IMG/VR virus record: IMGVR_UViG_3300047507_000013
Span: 1-43,441 of that record
Reading direction: 5' to 3' (one strand)
Length of the DNA stretch: 43,441 bases
Source: a virus
Lineage: Duplodnaviria > Caudoviricetes
Positions 1 through 5,127 of the stretch are shown here, one piece after another. Made by a program: the position numbers and the translations under genes. Every line of letters begins with the position of its first letter. Within the stretch, counting starts at the first letter, position 1. The notes below the pieces were generated by a model. The model searched no databases, had not been told where the DNA came from, and saw only the letters and a list, made by a program, of their open reading frames with translations.

Positions 1-127
1 GCTCCTGAGTGATTCTTGACATAAATATACCTCCTAAAAAAATTTTGGCTTTTCTTATTTTCCCAAACGCTCGATTTTCTTTTCGAGGGCATGGAGCTTT
101 TTTATCAATGCTAAAAGTTCGATATGA
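1..127. repeat. Terminal direct repeat, left copy (127 bp), indicating a circular/complete contig
   Basis: Bases 1-127 (gctcctgagtgattc...gttcgatatga) are identical to 43315-43441. The HTH gene and the 42920..43336 gene run continuously across the junction. Confidence 0.95.
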
Positions 128-348
128 CTGGGCTTCAATATTCCCAGATATTTGGCGACCGCGATGGCCGCTTCATCGGTTGGGTATTTGGTTCCTTTGA
201 TCCAATTATAAAAAGTCTGGCGAGAGATTTTCGTCTCCCTGGCCATGGTTGCTATTTCTATGCCTTTCTGGTGGAGCAATATTTTTAAATTTTTCCGCAT
301 AAGGCACTGTTTAATAAAAATTAATTCTTGGGTAGCTTTCTTTGTCAT
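55..348 (-). CDS. XRE/Cro-like helix-turn-helix transcriptional regulator
   Basis: LKILLHQKGIEIATMARETKISRQTFYNWIKGTKYP is a typical HTH_3 pattern. AGGAGG RBS. First gene after the promoter at 400-428. Confidence 0.85.
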   Translation of the reverse strand: MTKKATQELIFIKQCLMRKNLKILLHQKGIEIATMARETKISRQTFYNWIKGTKYPTDEAAIAVAKYLGILKPSHIELLALIKKLHALEKKIERLGK

Positions 349-364
349 TTGTCCTCCTGGGATG

Positions 365-385
365 ATGTCAACTTGCCTGTCAAAT
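365..385. promoter_or_regulatory. Candidate operator (TGTCAA direct repeat), copy 1
   Basis: ATGTCAACttgCCTGTCAAAT matches 3927-3947 at 18/21 positions. It lies between the promoter and the RBS of the HTH gene. Confidence 0.6.
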
Positions 386-399
386 CTGCCTTCAATCTC

Positions 400-428
400 A
401 TATTAAGGATCCTGCCTTGGCTTGTCAA
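400..428 (-). promoter_or_regulatory. Sigma70-type promoter for the HTH/recombination operon
   Basis: Minus strand TTGACA (428-423), 17 bp spacer, TAATAT (405-400). It lies immediately after a terminator. Confidence 0.75.
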
Positions 429-441
429 GCGGTTTTTTGCC

Positions 442-478
442 AAAAAAAAAGGCGGGAAAGATCTCTCTTCCCCGCCTT
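442..478 (-). terminator. Rho-independent terminator ending the early small-gene operon
   Basis: Minus strand GGCGGGGAAGAGAGATCTTTCCCGCC hairpin followed by T9, about 10 bp after the stop of 488..685. Confidence 0.85.
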
Positions 479-487
479 CAGGCCGGT

Positions 488-685
488 TCAATCGAGGGGT
501 CCCAGGGCGTCGATTTCGTCCTGGAGTTCTTTCATCCGGAGCCGCTCCGGAGAAAGACACGGCTTGAGTTTGGAATTTCCGTTTTTGATCTCCTCCTGTT
601 TTTTGACCTTCGCTTCTTTGAGCCTGGTCATGGCCTCCGGCGTCATCGGCCGGTACGGCCGGATCCGGCGCCGGCGGGATTTCAT
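488..685 (-). CDS. Small hypothetical protein with Arg-rich N-terminus
   Basis: 65 aa starting MKSRRRRIRPYRP. ATGA overlap with the upstream gene, followed by a terminator. Confidence 0.7.
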   Translation of the reverse strand: MKSRRRRIRPYRPMTPEAMTRLKEAKVKKQEEIKNGNSKLKPCLSPERLRMKELQDEIDALGPLD

Positions 686-1110
686 GGTTTCTCTCCCGGC
701 CTAGAATCTTTTTCCACGATTTCCGGCGTCATCTCCTGGAGCGTGGTTTTCTTTATTCGACTCCGGTTCGGGTGTTCCGGGCCTGAGATGCAAATCGTAG
801 CCAGGAGCTTTTTCTGGAGCCGCCGGATGGCATCCAGGGCCTGGGCTACGTTTCCGCCTTCGGCTTCGGCCTCGACTTCGATTTTCGCGTGGATCCTGGT
901 CTTCGACCGCGGTTCCTCTTCCCCGCGCATCTTGGCGATCTGCAGGGCGCCTTCGACCGTCCATTCCAATTCCGCCGTCATGAATCCCTTCTCGAAGCAG
1001 GGCCGGCAGCAAACCCGGAAGCCTTTGTGGGCCAGGGGCTCCATGTCCTTGTCCTTGGCGACGTGCTCGCAGATGACATAATCCTTCCGCCAATCATTCG
1101 GTTCTGCCAT
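682..1110 (-). CDS. Hypothetical protein with Cys/His metal-binding motifs
   Basis: 142 aa with CEH and CCRPC motifs. Overlaps both neighbours in the operon. Confidence 0.7.
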   Translation of the reverse strand: MAEPNDWRKDYVICEHVAKDKDMEPLAHKGFRVCCRPCFEKGFMTAELEWTVEGALQIAKMRGEEEPRSKTRIHAKIEVEAEAEGGNVAQALDAIRRLQKKLLATICISGPEHPNRSRIKKTTLQEMTPEIVEKDSRPGEKP

Positions 1111-1249
1111 CGGTCTTTTCCTTTGCCGCTTCGATTTCCCGGATCCGGGCCAGCTCTTGCTTTTCCCGCCAGGTCATCTTCGCGCTCTTTTGCCCGGCTG
1201 CGATCGCAGCCTCTTTTTTCAGCGCCTTTTTCAGGTGTCGGCTTTTCAT
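1094..1249 (-). CDS. Small basic helical hypothetical protein
   Basis: MKSRHLKKALKKEAAIAAG... fills the gap between its neighbours. Start trimmed from the ORF-track call at 1297. Confidence 0.55.
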   Translation of the reverse strand: MKSRHLKKALKKEAAIAAGQKSAKMTWREKQELARIREIEAAKEKTDGRTE

Positions 1250-1254
1250 CGGGT

Positions 1255-1638
1255 TCAATCCTTCCCAAAGAGCCAGGGCTGGGTCTTTGATTTCCAAATT
1301 TGGCAGCCGCCGAATTCGACTTTGATCCGCCGCGGGTCTTCGCCTTCCGGGATCTTCATCCCGGTTTTCTGCAGCAGATGCAACAGGCCGCAGGGTCCTT
1401 CGCCGCCGTAGCCGACTTCGAATCCGTCCGTTTCCAGAATGATCCGGCCGGCAGGATCCGCGGGATCCTGAAATAAAATCTGGGTGACCAGGCCGCAGAT
1501 TTCTTCGTCCGGTTTTTCACGGTGGACCGCAATGCCGAATGGCTGGGGCAGGCAAAGCTGCCCGATTTTCCTCTCGATAAATTCGGTCGAGAGGCGGGTG
1601 ATGCCTTGCGGCATCTTGTCCTTGATAATTCTATCCAT
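1255..1638 (-). CDS. Hypothetical protein (GYGGxGP motif, DUF6166-like)
   Basis: GFEVGYGGEGPCGL resembles the F-x-WGYGGSGP motif of phage DUF6166-type proteins. GGAGG RBS. Confidence 0.65.
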   Translation of the reverse strand: MDRIIKDKMPQGITRLSTEFIERKIGQLCLPQPFGIAVHREKPDEEICGLVTQILFQDPADPAGRIILETDGFEVGYGGEGPCGLLHLLQKTGMKIPEGEDPRRIKVEFGGCQIWKSKTQPWLFGKD

Positions 1639-1652
1639 GATGTACCTCCCGG

Positions 1653-1722
1653 GTCCCCGGCAGGCCCCATGGCCCCGTTTTTCTCCCTCAACGTTAAAGC
1701 TCGGGCAGGGCCTTTCGGCCCC
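1653..1722 (-). ncRNA. Conserved structured leader element, copy E
   Basis: GGGGCC-gaaa-GGCCCT GCCCGAGC tttaa CGTT-GAGGGAGAAA-AACG GGGCC-atgg-GGCCT GCCGGGGAC, then the RBS. Confidence 0.75.
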
Positions 1723-1726
1723 GGTT

Positions 1727-2092
1727 CTAAAGGAGGTTTTTGATCTGATTGACCGCGACTTCGGCGCTATCGTAGGCGTCGTAGCGCAGCATCATTTCCT
1801 TGTCGGCTTCCGTCAGGCTGTTGATGCCATCGGCGATCAAGAGAAGCCGGAGCGTCCGGATTGCAGCTCTCATATTTCGGACCGCCTTTTTAATCTGTCT
1901 GCGTTCCAGGTCGGTCAGCCGAATATTTTTCTCGGCCGCTTTGCTCATCCGGTAGGCATCTCTCCGGGCCGCCAATTCGCCTTCGTGGGCGGGGTCGTAT
2001 CCAGCCGCCTTCGCCCTGGCTTTCCGGTCCTTTGCTGCTTCTTTCGCTCTGGCCTCTTCGTGTCCGGCCGCCGCAAATGATGTCTTTCTCAT
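1727..2092 (-). CDS. Hypothetical basic alpha-helical protein
   Basis: 121 aa with AAGGAG RBS. Preceded by structured element D. Confidence 0.75.
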   Translation of the reverse strand: MRKTSFAAAGHEEARAKEAAKDRKARAKAAGYDPAHEGELAARRDAYRMSKAAEKNIRLTDLERRQIKKAVRNMRAAIRTLRLLLIADGINSLTEADKEMMLRYDAYDSAEVAVNQIKNLL

Positions 2093-2107
2093 CGTCTTTC
2101 TCCTTGC

Positions 2108-2193
2108 GTCCCCGGCGCCGGCGTAAACCGGCCCCCTTTTCTCGCTCAGGGGCTTTGGGCTCGGGCTCCCGGGGCGGTCCTTATTCCGCCCCG
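2108..2193 (-). ncRNA. Conserved structured leader element, copy D
   Basis: CGGGGCGG...CCGCCCCG hairpin, then GCCCGAGC ccaaag CCCCT-GAGCGAGAAA-AGGGG GCCGG-tttacg-CCGGC GCCGGGGAC. Confidence 0.75.
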
Positions 2194-2201
2194 CGTTTCG
2201 T

Positions 2202-2546
2202 TTAAACCTTGAATTCCTTGTAAGGACAATTGCCGATCCAGCCGCAACGTTCGCCGAGAAGCTTTTTCAAAAGCTCCAAAAGCGCCGCGGTATAGTCGTA
2301 GCAGGCGATCCCGTGTCCGCCGCCGTGCTCGAAGATCTCCGCCAGCGCGATCTCGCTGGCTTCATCCACGGTCATGGTTTTCCCGTGGATGGCGATCGTT
2401 GGCTTCTGGCCTTCTTTCCAAAGGGCGGCCAAGGGTAGGCCATCGCCCTTGGGATCGGCGATTCGCTGGGCAGCGATTTTAATAGCAGCCCTGCGCTTCT
2501 GTTCGCCCAGCATGACCTTGATCTGTTTCTTTTCGCTTTCGGTCAT
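2202..2546 (-). CDS. Hypothetical protein
   Basis: 114 aa with GAGGAG RBS. Preceded by structured element C. Confidence 0.75.
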   Translation of the reverse strand: MTESEKKQIKVMLGEQKRRAAIKIAAQRIADPKGDGLPLAALWKEGQKPTIAIHGKTMTVDEASEIALAEIFEHGGGHGIACYDYTAALLELLKKLLGERCGWIGNCPYKEFKV

Positions 2547-2562
2547 TCTTTTTCTCCTCTGC

Positions 2563-2637
2563 GTCCCCGGCAGGATCTTGCGGATCCCCGCTTTTCTCGC
2601 ACAGCGCTTTGGCTCGGGCTGGGGGCCTCCAGGCCCC
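2563..2637 (-). ncRNA. Conserved structured leader element, copy C
   Basis: GGGGCC-tgga-GGCCCC, then GCCCGAGC caaag CGCT-GTGCGAGAAA-AGCG GGGATC-cgcaa-GATCCT GCCGGGGAC. Confidence 0.75.
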
Positions 2638-2643
2638 GTTTGT

Positions 2644-2838
2644 TCAAATTGTCCACCAGATGCGTTCCCAGGTGTCTTTGTCGGCCAGCTCGATCTCTAA
2701 AACTTTTCCGTTCTGGTGATTCCAATCGGTGACTTCGTATTCTAGGGCATCGAGCTTCATTTTCGCTTCGATGTAGGCTTTGGCCGCTTTCAAAGCCTGG
2801 CGTTCGCGGCTTGTCGGTTTTCTTGGCATCGTCGTCAT
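2644..2838 (-). CDS. Small hypothetical protein
   Basis: MTTMPRKPTSRERQALKAAK... with ATGA coupling to the upstream gene. Confidence 0.65.
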   Translation of the reverse strand: MTTMPRKPTSRERQALKAAKAYIEAKMKLDALEYEVTDWNHQNGKVLEIELADKDTWERIWWTI

Positions 2839-3086
2839 TCCCAAATAACCCGGCCCAGGCCGGTCCGGCCCTTGACTAGGCCGGCGTCCCGAAGGACCTG
2901 CTCATGGGCCTTTCGGTTGGCCGTCGCCATCCGGGTCTTTTTCCGGGCTTTGCATTCCGGGCAATCCGGCCGACAAATCGTGTGATACTGGACCGCTTCC
3001 TGCCAGGCCGCGTAATCGCCGCCTTGCTCGAGCGGCTTCAATCCTGAAACCTGTTCGATGTGCTCCAGCCATTTTTCTCTTGTCAT
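2835..3086 (-). CDS. Small hypothetical protein, putative Zn-binding (HxxC..CxxC)
   Basis: HTICRPDCPEC motif and AGGAG RBS. Preceded by structured element B. Confidence 0.75.
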   Translation of the reverse strand: MTREKWLEHIEQVSGLKPLEQGGDYAAWQEAVQYHTICRPDCPECKARKKTRMATANRKAHEQVLRDAGLVKGRTGLGRVIWE

Positions 3087-3100
3087 GATTTTTCTCCTGC

Positions 3101-3177
3101 CTCCCCGGCATCGGCCTTTCGGTCGACCCCTTTTTCCGGCTCAAGGGCTCAGGCTCGGGCTAGGGCCTTTCGGCCCT
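3101..3177 (-). ncRNA. Conserved structured leader element, copy B
   Basis: AGGGCC-gaaa-GGCCCT, then GCCCGAGC ctgag CCCTT-GAGCCGGAAA-AAGGG GTCGACC-gaaa-GGCCGAT GCCGGGGAG. Confidence 0.75.
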
Positions 3178-3182
3178 TCCGG

Positions 3183-3434
3183 TTATTCGATCCGGTGGAT
3201 GATCTGAGATTCAATGCTCGAATTGACGCGCAGTCTGCCAGAATACCAGGCATTGATCGGCGTGATCTTCAGGTTCTGGGCGGGTTTCATTTCCATGATT
3301 CCGTTGTAATCGCTCGCCCTCATGGTGGGCCGGACGACTTCGTGCATCTCATTGATGCTGTACTCCTGGACCTCATGTCCGGCATCCGCTACCGGCGCTC
3401 CCGTGAAGCTGTGTACCAAAAATCTCTTTGCCAT
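3183..3434 (-). CDS. Hypothetical protein, first gene of the early operon
   Basis: MAKRFLVHSFTGAPV... with AGGAG RBS before the ATG at 3434 (trimmed from 3497). Confidence 0.7.
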   Translation of the reverse strand: MAKRFLVHSFTGAPVADAGHEVQEYSINEMHEVVRPTMRASDYNGIMEMKPAQNLKITPINAWYSGRLRVNSSIESQIIHRIE

Positions 3435-3486
3435 TTTTTTCTCCTGCTGGAGGAGGGCGGCGTTTCTCCATCCCTCCCCAGCGCGG

Positions 3487-3588
3487 GTCCCCGGCATCGG
3501 GCTGGCCGGCGGTATTTCTCATCGCCGTCCGGCTCGACCTCTTTTCTCCCTCAGAGTTAAGCTCGGGCTTGGGGGTTTTCCGTCCCCC
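3487..3588 (-). ncRNA. Conserved structured leader element, copy A
   Basis: GGGGG...CCCCC hairpin, then GCCCGAGC ttaa CTCT-GAGGGAGAAA-AGAG, a long variable hairpin, and GCCGGGGAC. An extra hairpin (3446-3482) precedes the RBS. Confidence 0.7.
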
Positions 3589-3904
3589 CTCGTTTTCTCT
3601 TTTGGCTTCGGCCGCCTCTTAGGCGTTTTCCCTTGGGCTTTACCGCGTCCGTTTTCTCGCTCCTCTGCTGGGGTCCCGGGCCTTCAGGGGCTGGGGGATC
3701 CCGATCCTTGGCAAGTTCGCGCTTCGGTCGGCGTCAGGCTTGTGGGCCTTGGCTTTTTTTTCTTGGCCTCTCAGGGCCGGGTCGGTCTTGGTATCCCGCT
3801 CTCTGCGTTTCCCGGTCGGGCCTTCAAAGATCTGTCCCGCCCTCTCCCGGGGGGCGGTCTGGCTCGGCCCCCCTCCCGGGGGGGCCTTGCTAATTGTCAC
3901 CCAT

Positions 3905-3933
3905 ATAATAAAACAAATCGAAACGAATGTCAA
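3905..3933 (-). promoter_or_regulatory. Strong sigma70-type early promoter
   Basis: Minus strand TTGACA (3933-3928), 17 bp spacer, TATTAT (3910-3905), within an AT-rich island. Confidence 0.85.
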
Positions 3934-3947
3934 CCCCCCTGTCAAAT
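3927..3947. promoter_or_regulatory. Candidate operator (TGTCAA direct repeat), copy 2
   Basis: ATGTCAACcccCCTGTCAAAT overlaps the -35 box and matches 365-385. Confidence 0.6.
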
Positions 3948-4015
3948 GGCAAAACGTCGACGATCGTCCAGGTTGCGTTATTTTGGGTTTTCCGGGGAAT
4001 TGTCCAGGACGGGTT

Positions 4016-4055
4016 AAAAGCCCGAAATAGGCCCTAAAGCGGCCCAAATCCGGGC
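4016..4055 (-). terminator. Probable terminator of the late structural operon
   Basis: Minus strand GCCCGGATTTGGGCC...GGCCTATTTCGGGC hairpin followed by TTTT, downstream of the last tail gene. Confidence 0.55.
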
Positions 4056-4137
4056 ATTTCCTGCCTTACTTTAGATTTCGGGCAGAATTATTTTTAATTT
4101 GGCGAAAGATTTTTTTCTTTTTCTTCGGCGCCCCGGC

Positions 4138-4527
4138 TTAAACCAGGAATCCGAAAACCGAAATCTCCCAGGTTTCTGTTGTGGCTGTTGAACCCACAGT
4201 GACATTGATGCCAAACACAAGCCCTGCAATATATCCCACCAGCATGGTCTTCACTGCAGCCTTATTTGTCCAGACATTGGTGATGCCCGTGGCTATCACC
4301 TGGGCAGCTGCAGCCAAATAATCCGTATAGGCTGCAGGCTGTCCAAAACCAGCAGTGGCTGCAGCACCAGCACCAGCTGCCCAGGCCGTCACCCTGATCA
4401 CGATCTCTGTGACGATCATTACCTTCCCGACCGGCACCGTGATCAGCGGCGTGGCCGCAACCGTCTTCGCGTTGATCCCGCCGACCTTGGCCAGCAGAGT
4501 AACAGCGTTTTCTTTTAAATCAGCCAT
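4138..4527 (-). CDS. Small tail-associated beta-rich protein
   Basis: MADLKENAVTLL..., Ala/Thr/Val-rich. GGAGG RBS. Last gene of the tail module. Confidence 0.65.
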   Translation of the reverse strand: MADLKENAVTLLAKVGGINAKTVAATPLITVPVGKVMIVTEIVIRVTAWAAGAGAAATAGFGQPAAYTDYLAAAAQVIATGITNVWTNKAAVKTMLVGYIAGLVFGINVTVGSTATTETWEISVFGFLV

Positions 4528-4538
4528 TTTTTCCTCCC

Positions 4539-5117
4539 TCAACCTAGAACAACATCGTTGTCGATGCAAATGATGTTATTATCAAGACAGATGATATTTA
4601 TTTTTCCGGCTGTGATCTTAAAATTTCCGGCTACTTCCAATTTTTCAGTCGGCAATATCGTCCCGATTCCTATATTACCATTATGTTTGATATAAAAACA
4701 CAAGGTCGTTCCATCATCGGTGCTGAAAATAATATTATTCTTTCCTCTTATCGCTATATCATCTGTAGACGATCCGACAATCCAATTTTCCGGCGCACCG
4801 ATGATGCCAAAAAGCATTTTCGAAACTCCGGCCAATAATAAAGAAAGGCCGCCGGTTCCGCCTCCCGTTTCAATCGTCAATACTTGCGAAGGATTTATTG
4901 TTCCGATTCCGACTCGGCCCGCCGCATTTTCTTTAATTATCCTCTGAAGTGCCGGGCCCATCATATAAAGTTCGTCATCATCGGAGTCCGAGAAAAGCAT
5001 TCCCGGCTGGGCATTGGTCGGAACAACTGCACCCCTCCAGTTATTTTTCATCCGCTCCCATTCCTGGAAACTAAAAAGGGACCCGTTGATCGGGTCATCG
5101 CCATCGATAAAGGCCAT
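4539..5117 (-). CDS. Tail fibre/spike-like protein
   Basis: Repeated G(R/N)(V/I)GIGT..P..L motifs (GRVGIGTINPSQVLTI, GNIGIGTILPTEKLEVAGN) typical of trimeric fibres. AGGAG RBS. Confidence 0.7.
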   Translation of the reverse strand: MAFIDGDDPINGSLFSFQEWERMKNNWRGAVVPTNAQPGMLFSDSDDDELYMMGPALQRIIKENAAGRVGIGTINPSQVLTIETGGGTGGLSLLLAGVSKMLFGIIGAPENWIVGSSTDDIAIRGKNNIIFSTDDGTTLCFYIKHNGNIGIGTILPTEKLEVAGNFKITAGKINIICLDNNIICIDNDVVLG

Positions 5118-5127
5118 TGAATTTCTC

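Noticed and set aside
410-421. 12-bp TCCTGCCTTGGC shared with 38677-38688
   Set aside because: Only two full copies, in non-equivalent positions (promoter spacer versus hairpin). It could be chance, so there is not enough support.
1653-3588. Repeated elements as a CRISPR array or hammerhead ribozymes (CUGAG..GAAA resemblance)
   Set aside because: The repeats are degenerate and separated by whole genes, not spacers. The CUGA-N-GA/stem II/GAAA hammerhead core is not properly formed, and CUGA is absent in three copies.
3640-4047. 135-aa minus-strand ORF
   Set aside because: It spans the terminator and the early promoter and lacks an RBS. It is open mainly because the strand is T-poor. Only a shorter leaderless version remains conceivable.
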